A DNA stretch of 59,702 nt, from NCBI GenBank assembly GCA_016867835.1, contig VGIQ01000003.1, positions 1-59,702 on the forward strand, written 5' to 3'. Source of the stretch: Calditrichota bacterium. Its GTDB lineage: Bacteria > Electryoneota > AABM5-125-24 > Hatepunaeales > Hatepunaeaceae. Position 1 is the first letter of the stretch. The number at the start of each line of letters is the position of its first letter. The notes under the pieces are model-generated. The model searched no databases, was not told the DNA's origin, and saw only the letters and a list, made by a program, of their open reading frames with translations. Below are positions 9,689 through 19,949 of the stretch, in pieces. The translations under genes were made by a program, and so were the position numbers.

Positions 9689-10652
9689 CAGATGGATCGA
9701 CCGGGGTCTCATCGTCGTCTTCTTCCTCCAGCCATTTCCTGAACTGTATCCGTTTACGAATCCAGACCGCGATTACGGCAACCATCGCCAAGAGAACAAT
9801 CCCGATCCAGATCAGGTTGTCGAGGTCGAGCAACGCCAACCCGCGATAGCGCTCCTGCGCCTTCTCGAGCCATTCGGCTTGCCAGTATTCGTATTCAACC
9901 CCGGTTACGGCGTGAAAAACCGCATCGAAGGGACGGTCGGGAGAAGTCTCCTGCAACAGGCGCCGGACGGATTCCCATCCGAATCGCTCAACGAACGATC
10001 CCGCAGCATAGCGCGCCTCAATGTAAGCCAGTTCAGCATCCGGCGCGGAATACTGTAACACGTCGTCGATTCGGGGCAGCCCCATCAGCCGGTTCGCCAC
10101 TGCGGCGCGACCGAGCGCTCCCAGCGATCCCGCCCGGCTCTCACCCGCCAACACCTGGCAGAGACCTTCCTCTAACCACTTCGGTATCCCCCCCTGGCCG
10201 CCATTGGCAACATGGATCAGGATGTGCCCGATCTCGTGGGCTGCGGTAACGCTTATTGGAACGCCGCCCGGTATGGTGTGCGCCGGTCGGATGACGATCC
10301 GTCTGCGGTCCGGGTAGGCAATCCCCCCGGCCCACTCCGGCGCGCGCCCTCCGGTGATCCGGACGAACTCGCTGCGCGACGGCGGAAGATCGATCCGCAC
10401 TTCGTCGGGCAGCGTCGCTCCGAGCGTTGTCTCCATTCCGACACGGAGCGATTGCAGCGCCTCGTCAAGTTGACCCAAAAATCGCTCGTCTTCACCGGCA
10501 TAGTAATATACAAAAGGGGGACGGGGAACAATGCGATACGAGGTCTGCGCGCCAGCCCTGACGGACATTAGCAGCATCAGCCACAGCCCGACGGTGAGTC
10601 GGGGCAGCCATTGGGTATACCATCTAAACATGATGTTAACTGAACAGTTCAC
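9666..10652 (-). CDS. membrane-anchored MA-clan zinc metallopeptidase-like protein
   Basis: HExxH (AAHEIGHILIHV) followed by WLEEGL as a candidate third ligand, an N-terminal signal/TM and a C-terminal TM (IWIGIVLLAMVAVIAVWI), and an acidic tail. Confidence 0.5.
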   Translation of the reverse strand: MNCSVNIMFRWYTQWLPRLTVGLWLMLLMSVRAGAQTSYRIVPRPPFVYYYAGEDERFLGQLDEALQSLRVGMETTLGATLPDEVRIDLPPSRSEFVRITGGRAPEWAGGIAYPDRRRIVIRPAHTIPGGVPISVTAAHEIGHILIHVANGGQGGIPKWLEEGLCQVLAGESRAGSLGALGRAAVANRLMGLPRIDDVLQYSAPDAELAYIEARYAAGSFVERFGWESVRRLLQETSPDRPFDAVFHAVTGVEYEYWQAEWLEKAQERYRGLALLDLDNLIWIGIVLLAMVAVIAVWIRKRIQFRKWLEEEDDDETPVDPSDEPIHPH

Positions 10653-10730
10653 CTGAGTATCTGTTTGAGAAGATAAGTATATCTTCCGGCTTCGTCATTC
10701 CCGCGCAGCAGCCTGTCCGAGAATGCCCTG

Positions 10731-10812
10731 GGGTGCCGTCGGGTGTCCTCACCCGACGGGAAGTCATTGTTGGGTGCCGTCGGGTGTCCTCACCCGACGG
10801 GAAGTCATTGTT
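10731..10812. repeat. 2 x 41-bp perfect tandem direct repeat, each unit a hairpin (CCGTCGGGTG-tcctc-CACCCGACGG)
   Basis: GGGTGCCGTCGGGTGTCCTCACCCGACGGGAAGTCATTGTT occurs twice back to back in the priA 3' flank. Confidence 0.9.
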
Positions 10813-10872
10813 AATAAAGGTATGTTGGTGTCAGATTAGACAACTTACACCGCGACCAAGAGTGCTTGATAG

Positions 10873-10990
10873 TGTCAGGTGAGACACCTGACACCACACT
10901 TAAGAGCACATTTGTCGGTTTCGTCATCCCCGCGCAAGCGGGGATCCAGACCAGATAGGCTGGGATGGGTTCCCGCCTGCGCGGGAACGA
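10873..10990. repeat. cluster of REP-like palindromes (GTGTCAGGTG-AGA-CACCTGACAC; ATCCCCGCGCAAGCGGGGAT; GTTCCCGCCTGCGCGGGAAC)
   Basis: Perfect 10-bp stem palindrome at 10873-10895 and two GGATyCCCGC...GCGGGrAT-type hairpins at 10921-10990. Related copies occur at 10688-10705 and 41106-41135. Confidence 0.8.
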
Positions 10991-11022
10991 AGTCAAATAT
11001 AGCCAGCATTGTCAGATAGACT

Positions 11023-13473
11023 TCAGGTCTCAATCGGATCGACATCGATGCTGATTCTCACCGCGCTCCTGCCCGCCAGAGACTGAATTTCCCGGCAGAT
11101 ATTGTAGATTGTCTCCTTGTCGGTTCTGAAGGGTGTGTCGAACCGGCGCGGGAACTTGACAAGAAGTCGGCGTCGGTAATGACCTTCTGCTCGTTCCACC
11201 GGCGGCGACGCCGGACCGAGCACCCGTCCCAACTTAAGTCCTTCGACAAGGCGATCGCGAAGCGCATTTGCCGCAGCATCCGCTTTCTCTGCCTCCGGAC
11301 ACCTCACTCCGATCGCTATAAGCCGCCCGAATGGCGGGTAGCCGAGCGGCTCGCGCGCCACAATCTCCGACCGGTAGAGTTGCTCGTAGTCGTGAGCCTG
11401 CACCCATCGCAATAGTTTGGCTTCCGGAACCGCGGACTGAATGACGACGTCGCCGCCGCCGGCACGTCCGGTGCGACCGGCCGCTTGAGTGAGGATGCGA
11501 AAAGCGCGCTCGACGGCACGATAGTCGGGTTGCAGCCATTCGAGATCCGCCGCCAGTATCCCGGCCAGTTTCACACCCGGAAAATCGTGCCCTTTGGCGA
11601 CCATTTGGGTGCCGAGCAAAACATCGATCTCACCGGCGGCCATCCGCGAGAGTATCTCCTGACCGGCTCCGGAAGGACGAGTGGTATCGAGATCCATTCG
11701 CGCTACGCGGGCCAGTGGATAGAGCAGATTCAACTCCCGCTCAACCTTTTGAGTGCCCAATCCACCATAACGCACCCGAATGCCGCCGCAAGCCGGACAG
11801 GTCGTAATCACCCGGCTCGAAAACCCGCAAAGATGGCAGACTAATTTTTCGCCGTCGCGATGATACCTAAGTGAGACGTCGCAGTCGGGGCATTTCACCA
11901 CTTCCCTGCATTCCCGACACCGGATAAGAGTTGAAAAGCCGCGACGGTTCACGAGCAAGATCGCCTGGCGGCCCTCCCCCAGTGTCCGCTCGAGCCGCGA
12001 CCTTAGCGGCGGGGAGAGGAGGTTTCCCGGCTCCAGTCCCCACCATTTAACGACTGTAACCGCTGGAAGTTCTACGCCCTGATGCCGCTCGCGCAGTTGC
12101 AAAAGTTCATAGCGCCTTCCCAAGGCATTGTGAAAACTGACGACATCGGGCGTCGCCGAGCCGAGCAGGACCGTGGCGCCGCAGAGTTGAGCCCGCTTCA
12201 GAGCTGCGTCGCGGGCGTTGTAGCGGGGTGACGGGTCGTCCTGCTTGTAGGAGTCGTCGTGCTCTTCATCGACCACAATCAAGCCAGGCCGGTCAAGCGG
12301 CGCAAAGAGCGCCGACCGCGCCCCTACGACGACGTCCCGGACACCGCTCCGAATCGCACGCCAGATATCCCGCCGGTCGGCCGCGGATAGGCTGCTGTGA
12401 ACGACCGCCACCCGGTCGCCAAAGCGCCTCCGCAAGCGTCCGGCAAGTTGCGGCGTCAAAGCAATCTCCGGCACCAGTACCAGTGCCGAACGCCCGGCCG
12501 TCAGCGCCGCGGCGACCGCTTCGAGGTATATCAAACTCTTGCCGCTGCCGGTTACGCCATAGAGCAAAAAGGTCTGGAATCGACGCTCGGCAAGCGCCGA
12601 CCGGACTTTGGCGACGATCGCCTGCTGCGTTTCAGAGAGTTCCGGCGTCTCCAGAGCCGTTTCGACCAAACCACTCTGCGACCTCACCGTAACATCGCGC
12701 AAGACTCTGCCAGATTCCACCCACCGCCGGTTCTTTAGGTTGCGCAAAGCAGCCGTAAGACCTGGCAACTCCGGCGAACGACGCCCTTGCACCAGACGCC
12801 CATCTCGCTCGCGAAGATGTTCCACGACCCGGCGCAACTTAAGGGCGTTCTTGGGCAGAGCGTCGAGCGCGTCCTCATAACTGATTACGCCGGTCCAGAT
12901 CCAAACGAAGTCGAAGCCGGCATCGCGGGAGGGCATCCTATCGGGTGCCGGTTCAAGCCAGCCGCGCTTGCGGAACTGCTCGAAGAGCGAACCTCCCTTG
13001 GAAGAGCGTCTAATGATGGCTTCGCGGGAGAGGACTCCGCGCGCCAGCGCCCGCCAGAGGTCGGCTGTCGGGCCGGCTTCTTCAGCGATCCACAACTCGG
13101 CGCGACCGGCTTCCGATAAGTGATACTTCCCGGCGACCCGACTCTTTAGCCCGGATGGTATTGCCGCAGCAAGCACTTCCCCCCACTCGCAGAGATAGTA
13201 TTCCGCCATCCAGCGGGTTAGGTCGAGCAGGTCCGCGGGCAGGAGCGGTGAACGATCGAGCAGGCTTCCGACGGGCTTATGACGTTCTTCTTTCGGCCCG
13301 AGATACCACCCGACGGCAACCCCGGTCCGCATCGCACGACCAAAGGGCACCCGCACCCTCTGGCCCGGCTCGACCACTCCCAGTTCATCGGGGACAAGGT
13401 AGGTGAACGGCCCGAATGGCGCTTCGAGAAAGCAGACGTCGGTTAGCGGGACAGCAGTGCCGGATACGCTCAT
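11023..13473 (-). CDS. priA: primosomal protein N' (replication restart helicase PriA)
   Basis: 816 aa. Walker A GVTGSGKS, DEEH box (VVDEEHD), and a Cys-rich zinc-binding region CRECREVVKCPDCDVSL...CHLCG...CPACG. Confidence 0.9.
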   Translation of the reverse strand: MSVSGTAVPLTDVCFLEAPFGPFTYLVPDELGVVEPGQRVRVPFGRAMRTGVAVGWYLGPKEERHKPVGSLLDRSPLLPADLLDLTRWMAEYYLCEWGEVLAAAIPSGLKSRVAGKYHLSEAGRAELWIAEEAGPTADLWRALARGVLSREAIIRRSSKGGSLFEQFRKRGWLEPAPDRMPSRDAGFDFVWIWTGVISYEDALDALPKNALKLRRVVEHLRERDGRLVQGRRSPELPGLTAALRNLKNRRWVESGRVLRDVTVRSQSGLVETALETPELSETQQAIVAKVRSALAERRFQTFLLYGVTGSGKSLIYLEAVAAALTAGRSALVLVPEIALTPQLAGRLRRRFGDRVAVVHSSLSAADRRDIWRAIRSGVRDVVVGARSALFAPLDRPGLIVVDEEHDDSYKQDDPSPRYNARDAALKRAQLCGATVLLGSATPDVVSFHNALGRRYELLQLRERHQGVELPAVTVVKWWGLEPGNLLSPPLRSRLERTLGEGRQAILLVNRRGFSTLIRCRECREVVKCPDCDVSLRYHRDGEKLVCHLCGFSSRVITTCPACGGIRVRYGGLGTQKVERELNLLYPLARVARMDLDTTRPSGAGQEILSRMAAGEIDVLLGTQMVAKGHDFPGVKLAGILAADLEWLQPDYRAVERAFRILTQAAGRTGRAGGGDVVIQSAVPEAKLLRWVQAHDYEQLYRSEIVAREPLGYPPFGRLIAIGVRCPEAEKADAAANALRDRLVEGLKLGRVLGPASPPVERAEGHYRRRLLVKFPRRFDTPFRTDKETIYNICREIQSLAGRSAVRISIDVDPIET

Positions 13474-14138
13474 CGCCGCTTGCGAAAGGTATAAAGAACA
13501 GCAACGACTCCGGTCAACCGGCGGAATCTTACATCATCGAGCTGTTGCGAGGCTATCTCGCGAACGATCGCTTCCGGTGATGGGAAGGCGAAAATGGTGC
13601 GGGAAAGATAGCGATAGGCTTCCCGGTCGCCGGAGAGGAGTCCCCCCCAGTGCGGCAGTATGATTTGAAGGTATAACCGCATCAGTCCTCCCCAGAGCCC
13701 TCCTTTCGGTGGTGAGAAATCGGTCAGAGCGCCTCGACCGCCGGCACCAAGGACGCGATCCATCTCGCCGATGGCCGCCTGCCGGTCGCTTAGGTTGCGC
13801 AGGGCAAAGGCCGAGACGACCGCATCGAACGAGCCGGGACGAAAGGGTAACTCTTCCGCCCGAGCCTGCACCCGGTGAAACGGCACTCGCGAGGTCATCA
13901 GCATCGCCCGCTCAGGATCGATCCCGATCTTGACGATACCGCGGCCTTCGACGAACTCGATCAACTCCCCGGCACCAGATCCGACATCGAGCAGTCGCTC
14001 CCCCGGTTTCAGCAGAAGTGAGCGCACGACGCTTTGCCGCCAGACGGCGTCGAGACCAAAACTAATGAAGCGGTTGACCCGGCGGTAGCGGCCGGCGATG
14101 CGCCTAAACGGCTGAGGGGAGGACGTCCCGGCGGGCAT
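13470..14138 (-). CDS. ubiE: demethylmenaquinone/ubiquinone C-methyltransferase (UbiE/MenG family)
   Basis: SAM motif LDVGSGAGE, and an N-terminal [18 protein letters not shown]...WR pattern typical of UbiE. Start placed at the internal MPAGTSS. Confidence 0.65.
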   Translation of the reverse strand: MPAGTSSPQPFRRIAGRYRRVNRFISFGLDAVWRQSVVRSLLLKPGERLLDVGSGAGELIEFVEGRGIVKIGIDPERAMLMTSRVPFHRVQARAEELPFRPGSFDAVVSAFALRNLSDRQAAIGEMDRVLGAGGRGALTDFSPPKGGLWGGLMRLYLQIILPHWGGLLSGDREAYRYLSRTIFAFPSPEAIVREIASQQLDDVRFRRLTGVVAVLYTFRKRR

Positions 14139-15201
14139 AGAGAGCGGCGGGATCGAATTGACCAGCCTTCCAACAGGCGGCACGGCTGCCGGCACTGACT
14201 TGGGGTAGAGAGAGAAGCTCAGGCTCCTCGGCGCGGCAGCGATCGTCGGCTAACGGGCAACGGGGATGAAACCGGCAGCCGGAAGGTAGATTCAGAGGAT
14301 TCGGCACGACGCCTTCGATCTGGTAGAGCGTCTCGCGCCGAAGGCCGAGTCGCGGCACGGCTTGTTGCAGGCCTATCGTGTAAGGATGTCGAGGCCGCAG
14401 GAAGACGTCGGATACGCTCCCGGTCTCGACGATCCGCCCGGCATACATAACCGCGACGTTGTCGGCCAGTTCCGCGACGACGCCGAGGTTATGAGTGATC
14501 ATTATGATCGCCATCCCAAGTTCACGCTGAAGCCGGCGCAAGAGGACCAGGATTTGGGCTTGGATCGTAACGTCGAGCGCGGTCGTCGGCTCATCGCAGA
14601 TCAGAAGTCGCGGTCGGCAGGCAAGGGCCATGGCGATCATCACCCGCTGGCGCAGTCCGCCTGATAGTTGATGAGGGTATTCGTCGAGCCGCCGTTCCGG
14701 ATCGGTCAAGCCGACCAGTTTGAAAGCCTCAAGGGCCGCCCGACGCGCCTCAGAGCGGTTCACGCCTTGATGCAGCATCACCGCTTCGGCTACCTGATCG
14801 CCACAGGTGAAAACCGGATTGAGCGACGTCATCGGCTCCTGAAAGACCATCGCAATGTCGTTTCCCCGCACCGAGCGCATTTCATCTTCGCTCAGTTGCA
14901 GCAAGTCCCGTCCACTGAAGAGAGCCACTCCGCCTGCTATCCGGCCCGGCGGCTGCTGAATCAGGCGCAGGATCGCCAGGCAGGAGACCGTCTTACCGCA
15001 GCCCGATTCGCCGACCAGGCCGAGGGTCTGCCCGGCTTTGACGTCGAACGAAACGCCATCGACCGCGCGCGCCACGCCGTCGTCGGAATGAAATTCGACC
15101 CGCAGGTCACGGACGGATAAAAGGACGTCGGAGTCGTTCACAATAAGTTCAGTCACTAACGCCCAGGAACTTCCTGCAGACTTCGACAATAGCCGCTGCA
15201 T
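14104..15201 (-). CDS. oligopeptide/dipeptide ABC transporter ATP-binding protein (OppD/DppD-like)
   Basis: Walker A GESGCGKT, signature LSGGLRQRV, Walker [13 protein letters not shown], and the C-terminal oligopeptide-ABC extension (HPYT...CRFHPRCP). The true start is probably an internal GTG near 15156. Confidence 0.8.
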   Translation of the reverse strand: MQRLLSKSAGSSWALVTELIVNDSDVLLSVRDLRVEFHSDDGVARAVDGVSFDVKAGQTLGLVGESGCGKTVSCLAILRLIQQPPGRIAGGVALFSGRDLLQLSEDEMRSVRGNDIAMVFQEPMTSLNPVFTCGDQVAEAVMLHQGVNRSEARRAALEAFKLVGLTDPERRLDEYPHQLSGGLRQRVMIAMALACRPRLLICDEPTTALDVTIQAQILVLLRRLQRELGMAIIMITHNLGVVAELADNVAVMYAGRIVETGSVSDVFLRPRHPYTIGLQQAVPRLGLRRETLYQIEGVVPNPLNLPSGCRFHPRCPLADDRCRAEEPELLSLPQVSAGSRAACWKAGQFDPAALYARRDVLPSAV

Positions 15202-16093
15202 CGACCCCGTAAAGCCTCGCCAATTCGTCCGGTTCGCCCGAGGTTGTGAATATCCGGTCTAACGCCACCCGGCGCATCGGCGTCGGGTGACTCGCCGCGA
15301 GCACCCCGGCGGTTCGCTCGTAGAGACCACCCACGAATATATGATCCTCGACTGTGACGACGCGCCCGGTGCGAATGGCGGATGCAACCACCGTCGCGTC
15401 GTCGAACGGCTCGATCGAGGCAACGCCAATCACTTCGGCTACGCCATCGCCGAGCATATCGGCGGCTTCAAGCGCGGCATAGACCTTGTCGCCCGTCGCG
15501 ACGATGCTGATTTCACGGCCTTCGCGTAAGATGACTGCCTTGCCGATCTCGAACCGAACGTCCGGCGCGGTGAAAATCGGCACTTTCGGGCGGTTAAGGC
15601 GGAGATAATAGCAACCCTTGCGGTTCAGAATGACCTCGAGCGCTTGCTTAACCTGATGCCCATCCCAAGGCGCCAGGACCGTGAACCCCGGTATGAGCCG
15701 CATGCGAGCCAGATCGGTCAGATCGTGCGCCGAGCCGCCGTCCGGGCCTACGGCTATGCCGGTATGACTCGCGGCTACGATGAGATGCAGATCTTCGCCC
15801 TGCCTCGCCGCGGTCGTCAGGTGCGCAAAGGCATGCTGGAGAAAGATCGACATGTCGCAGGCTACCACCCTCCGGCCGGCCATTGACAGACCGGTTGCCA
15901 GCCCGATCATCCCCGGTTCATTGATCCCGGCGGTATAGAACCGCTCCGGCCACTTCTTGCGAAACGGCTCGCTCATCGTCGAATTGCTGGTCCCGGCATC
16001 GAGAACGCGCAGATCGTCAAATTGCTCTCCCGCGGCAAGCAGCGCCTCACCGAAGGCCTCGCGGAGCGAGACGTTGCCAAAGGTCTGCATCAA
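15149..16093 (-). CDS. transketolase, C-terminal (pyrimidine-binding) subunit
   Basis: 314 aa with [29 protein letters not shown] and an ATG...[12 protein letters not shown]-terminal domain. It follows the N-terminal subunit gene directly (split transketolase). Confidence 0.85.
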   Translation of the reverse strand: MMQTFGNVSLREAFGEALLAAGEQFDDLRVLDAGTSNSTMSEPFRKKWPERFYTAGINEPGMIGLATGLSMAGRRVVACDMSIFLQHAFAHLTTAARQGEDLHLIVAASHTGIAVGPDGGSAHDLTDLARMRLIPGFTVLAPWDGHQVKQALEVILNRKGCYYLRLNRPKVPIFTAPDVRFEIGKAVILREGREISIVATGDKVYAALEAADMLGDGVAEVIGVASIEPFDDATVVASAIRTGRVVTVEDHIFVGGLYERTAGVLAASHPTPMRRVALDRIFTTSGEPDELARLYGVDAAAIVEVCRKFLGVSD

Positions 16094-16914
16094 CGGCCCT
16101 CCCCTGCGGCATCGACGCCTGCAAGATAGGCGTTCCTCTCAGCCTCGTTTGCTGGAGGCTTGCCGTGGCTGCCGAGTTTCCCGGCTTTGGCGGGGTCGCC
16201 GCCCTGCCCTTTGACCGTCCTGCAAACGATGAACTTCGGCCGCTGACGATCGCGAACGGCTTCCTGTAAGGCCTCGCCGAGCGCAGCCCAATCGTGGCCA
16301 TCGATCTCCATCACGTTCCAGTTGTAAAGCCGGGCCGCATCTGCCAGCGGTCCGATGTCGGTCGCGGCATCCTGCGCCAAGCCGTTGTTGTTGAGCAAGA
16401 GCGTGAAATTCCCGGCCGGTTTCAAGTGATGCGGCGCTGCCAGAAGACCGAGCGCCGAAGGCTCTTCGAACTCGCCATCCCCGGCGATGCAATAGACATC
16501 TTGCGGCCATTCAAGGGCAAAGCCATAGGCTTGCCAGACGCCGATTGAAAGCGAGCCGTTGGAGTTCTCCAAACCATACTTCAAGTTGCGCTGGGTATGA
16601 CCTTGAAAGGGCGAGTGCGGCTTGCGGATGCCGGCAAAGACCTCTTCAACCGGATAGTAGTCGAGCCGGGCATTGATAAGGTATTGTATCGGGCAGGCGT
16701 GACCTTCCGACAGGAAGATCGCGTCGCGTCCGGACCAATCGCCCCGCGAAGGATCGCAGCGGTAGGAACTGCTGTAAACCAACGCCAGATAGACCTCGAC
16801 CAGCGAGAGCGAAGTGTCGAGATGGCCCGACCTGGCGCGGTAGATCAGTTCGATCAGGTCGCGCCGCAACTGTCGGGCGTGAGCGTCAAGTTCAGATATG
16901 GGTATGCGAAACAT
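16090..16914 (-). CDS. transketolase, N-terminal (TPP-binding) subunit
   Basis: SGHLDTSLSLVEVYLAL (the GH motif), GDGEFEEPSALGL, and a 4-nt overlap with the C-terminal subunit gene. Confidence 0.85.
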   Translation of the reverse strand: MFRIPISELDAHARQLRRDLIELIYRARSGHLDTSLSLVEVYLALVYSSSYRCDPSRGDWSGRDAIFLSEGHACPIQYLINARLDYYPVEEVFAGIRKPHSPFQGHTQRNLKYGLENSNGSLSIGVWQAYGFALEWPQDVYCIAGDGEFEEPSALGLLAAPHHLKPAGNFTLLLNNNGLAQDAATDIGPLADAARLYNWNVMEIDGHDWAALGEALQEAVRDRQRPKFIVCRTVKGQGGDPAKAGKLGSHGKPPANEAERNAYLAGVDAAGEGR

Positions 16915-16942
16915 AGGTTTGGATAAATGCCTGTCCGGACAA

Positions 16943-17758
16943 CTACAATCGCGTCAATGTCCGGACCAGTAAGACCATTGCCAGGATCGGCGCAGCGGCA
17001 AAGAAACTGTCGAACCGGTCGAAGGCGCCGCCATGCCCGGGTATAAGGCGTCCCGAGTCCTTGACGCCCGCCTCCCGCTTAAGTTGCGATTCAACCAGAT
17101 CGCCATACTGACCAAATAGACCGGCTGCCAGTGCAAGGGCGACGGCGTTGAGAATATCGATCCAACCAACAAGTGCTCCAACAGCCGCGGCAATAACGGC
17201 TCCTCCCAGACCGAACAGGAAGCCCTCTACGGTTTTGCCGGGACTGATGGTCGGTGCCAGGGGATGCCGGCCGAGCCAGCGTCCGCCGGCATAGGCAAAG
17301 GTGTCGGTGAGCCAGAGCGCAGCCCAGAGCAGGATCGCAAGTGCGCGGCCCTCGTCGGTAAAACCTCCTCCGTAGTTGCGAACGGCGAGAAATGCACCTC
17401 CCAGCAGCGGCGGGTAACAGATTCCTCCCAACGTTGCCAGAACGTCTGCCTGCGACCGGCCGGAGGCCATTCCAGAGAAGACCAGCATCAAAAACGAAGT
17501 CGCGATCACCCAGCCGAGCGCTTCCATCCCGCGCATCTGCCACAGAACGACAATCAATACCCCGATCAGCAGCCCCGGCTCAGCAAAAGGCCTGCGACCG
17601 CACTGCACCTGCAGATCGTAGTACTCCTTCTGTGCGAGTAGCGCGACCGCGGCAACCAGCGCCGTAAGGTAGTATCCACCCTGCCAGGTGCACCAGAGCA
17701 GCAGCGGTATTCCGACTGCTGAGACGAGAATCCGCTGCGTCAGGTTGCCTGCTTTCAT
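16943..17758 (-). CDS. cdsA: phosphatidate cytidylyltransferase
   Basis: SPGKTVEG and the IPGHGGAFDRFDS signature. Polytopic membrane protein. Confidence 0.85.
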   Translation of the reverse strand: MKAGNLTQRILVSAVGIPLLLWCTWQGGYYLTALVAAVALLAQKEYYDLQVQCGRRPFAEPGLLIGVLIVVLWQMRGMEALGWVIATSFLMLVFSGMASGRSQADVLATLGGICYPPLLGGAFLAVRNYGGGFTDEGRALAILLWAALWLTDTFAYAGGRWLGRHPLAPTISPGKTVEGFLFGLGGAVIAAAVGALVGWIDILNAVALALAAGLFGQYGDLVESQLKREAGVKDSGRLIPGHGGAFDRFDSFFAAAPILAMVLLVRTLTRL

Positions 17759-18177
17759 GGATTATCGGGAAGTGAGAGAATCGTTACCCGCACTTCGCCG
17801 ACCCCCGGCCCCGTCAGCCCGATCTGACGAGCCGCTCCGAGCGAAAGGTCGAGCGAGCGGCCCGCGATATGCGGTCCCCGGTCGTTCACCACGACGGTCG
17901 TCGTCTTGCCGGTCGGCGGGTATTCGACCCGGAGTTGAGTCCCGAAGGGAAGGCTGTTGTGCGCTGCGGTCGAGCCGTGCATATCGTAGGTCTCGCCGCT
18001 CGCCGTCTTCCGTCCATCGAAGTCTTCGGCATAGAAGGAGGCAGTGCAGATCCAGGTTTGTCCGACCCGGTAATTCCCCGATGGATCATAACGGCCGCTG
18101 GTGAAACGCGGACTGGCAGTGCAAGCCGAAATGAGAACCGTCAACGTCAAGTTACATACGAGGAGTCGCAGCGACAT
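17755..18177 (-). CDS. RlpA-like lipoprotein (double-psi beta-barrel domain)
   Basis: Lipobox LISACTAS, then a GQTWICTASFYAED...TASGETYDM...AAHNSLPFGTQLRVEY segment typical of the RlpA/DPBB domain. Confidence 0.6.
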   Translation of the reverse strand: MSLRLLVCNLTLTVLISACTASPRFTSGRYDPSGNYRVGQTWICTASFYAEDFDGRKTASGETYDMHGSTAAHNSLPFGTQLRVEYPPTGKTTTVVVNDRGPHIAGRSLDLSLGAARQIGLTGPGVGEVRVTILSLPDNP

Positions 18178-18234
18178 AGTGTAGGTTCCTATGCACCTTG
18201 CGACCGGTGGAGAAAGCATCATCCGGTGACCGGA

Positions 18235-19155
18235 TCAAGTCCTGAGCGAGCCGATCAAGTCGGCGAGCCGCGCCACGCCGTGCCGGTCGCACCACGCTTC
18301 CATCTCGCGCAGAATGCGCGCCGGGGCATAGGGATCGGCGAACAGGATCGATCCGAGTTGGAGGCCGCTTGCGCCCGCCATAAGGAACTCGATCCCATCG
18401 AGGCCATCCGAGATGCCGCCCGAAGCCCAAATCGGCAGATCGACCGCTTGCGATGCCTGCCAGACCTTCGCCAGTGCCACCGGCTTAAGCGGTGGACCCG
18501 AATAGCCGCCGGTGACGGTGCCGAGCATCGGTCGTCGCTTCTCGGCGTCGATCATCATGGCGACCAGAGTGTTCGTCATCGTAAGGGCGTCGGCGCCGGC
18601 TTTGGCAGCGGCTTCCGCCAGGGGCGGCACGGAGGGATGATGCGGCGTCAGTTTTACCGCCAGAAAGCGCTTCGTCAGCCCCCGGCAGGCGCGAACGATC
18701 TCGGCAACCGCGACCTGATCTCCCCCGATGCTGAGTCCACCCTTCTTCACATTGGGACAGGAGACGTTGAGTTCGTAGCCATCGATCTCGGGAATGGTCT
18801 CCAACTTCTCCAGGACGGCGGTGAACTCCTCGACCGTATCGCCTACGATGCTGAGGAAAATCCGCGTTGTACCGACGGGGAGAGATTTCACTTTTGTCTT
18901 CAGGAATGCCTCGACGCCCGGATTGGCCAGGCCGATCGAGTTGATCACCCCGCCGCCCGGCGTCTCACAAATGCGCGGGGGTGGATTGCCTTCGCGCGGA
19001 CGGATCGAGAGCGACTTGGTAACGATTCCTCCGAGCGGCGCATAGTCCATCACACTAAGGAACTCGTCGCCGTAGCCGAAGGTCCCCGATCCGGTCAGAA
19101 GCGGCGACCGAAAGGTCAGCCCCCGCATCGTAACCGACGCATCGAACGGCATCAG
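18235..19155 (-). CDS. pyrD: dihydroorotate dehydrogenase catalytic subunit (class 1B)
   Basis: NPVMNASGTFGYG-like LLTGSGTFGYGDE, NVSCPNVKKGG, and IWASGGISDGLDGIEF. Start placed at MPFDASV, abutting the pyrK stop. Confidence 0.85.
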   Translation of the reverse strand: MMPFDASVTMRGLTFRSPLLTGSGTFGYGDEFLSVMDYAPLGGIVTKSLSIRPREGNPPPRICETPGGGVINSIGLANPGVEAFLKTKVKSLPVGTTRIFLSIVGDTVEEFTAVLEKLETIPEIDGYELNVSCPNVKKGGLSIGGDQVAVAEIVRACRGLTKRFLAVKLTPHHPSVPPLAEAAAKAGADALTMTNTLVAMMIDAEKRRPMLGTVTGGYSGPPLKPVALAKVWQASQAVDLPIWASGGISDGLDGIEFLMAGASGLQLGSILFADPYAPARILREMEAWCDRHGVARLADLIGSLRT

Positions 19156-19949
19156 GGCAGCACCTCCGGTTCGAGTATCACCGACCGCGCATCGAAGACC
19201 GGCCCATCGTGGCATACCAGATAATAGCCTTCGCCATCCGCCCGCGGCACGGCGCAGGATTGGCAAGCCCCCAGTCCGCAGCCCATCGGCACTTCAAGCG
19301 ACGCAAAAGCCGGGATGCCCGCTCCCAGCGAAATGCGCTTGACGGCTGACAGCATCGCTCCCGGCCCACAGGTGTAGATGTCAAGTGAAGCCGTATCCGT
19401 CCCGCCAAGCACCTGCTCGAGCAGAGCGGCGACATTGCCCTTGAAGCCGAGGCTGCCGTCGTCCGAGGCGACGTCGATGCGACGGTCCTCGATCTCCTCC
19501 AGTGTCAACGGCGAGGTGCTTTGCGAACGCATTCCCAGCAGGAACCTTCGCGGAGCATTGGCGGGCAATTGATCGTCGAGCAACTGCAACGGCACGACCC
19601 CGATCCCACCGCCGACGAGGAGGCTGGTCCGCGCAGGATTAGGCTGCGCAAAGCCGGTTCCGAGCGGGCCTATCAGGTCGAGGGCGTCGCCGGGACGCTT
19701 GGCGGCAAGGAGGCGTGTTCCTTCGCCGCGAATGTTGAAGATGAGACGCAGGGACTTGCCTGCAACCGGCCCGACCGAAAGCGGACGACGAAGGAAGGGA
19801 TGGTGGTTGTCCGTCACCCGGACATGGACGAACTGGCCGGCACGGGTGACCGGCGCGATCTGAGGCGCTTCGACCGTGAGGTCCCAGAGGTTCGCCGAGA
19901 CCTCGAAGGCGTGCCGGACGATGCCTATCTCCGCGATCGGTCGGTTCAA
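19152..19949 (-). CDS. pyrK: dihydroorotate dehydrogenase electron-transfer subunit
   Basis: FAD/NAD-binding fold (RPLSVG, GGGIGVVPL) and a C-terminal [2Fe-2S] Cys cluster CGLGACQSCAV...C. Confidence 0.8.
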   Translation of the reverse strand: MNRPIAEIGIVRHAFEVSANLWDLTVEAPQIAPVTRAGQFVHVRVTDNHHPFLRRPLSVGPVAGKSLRLIFNIRGEGTRLLAAKRPGDALDLIGPLGTGFAQPNPARTSLLVGGGIGVVPLQLLDDQLPANAPRRFLLGMRSQSTSPLTLEEIEDRRIDVASDDGSLGFKGNVAALLEQVLGGTDTASLDIYTCGPGAMLSAVKRISLGAGIPAFASLEVPMGCGLGACQSCAVPRADGEGYYLVCHDGPVFDARSVILEPEVLP

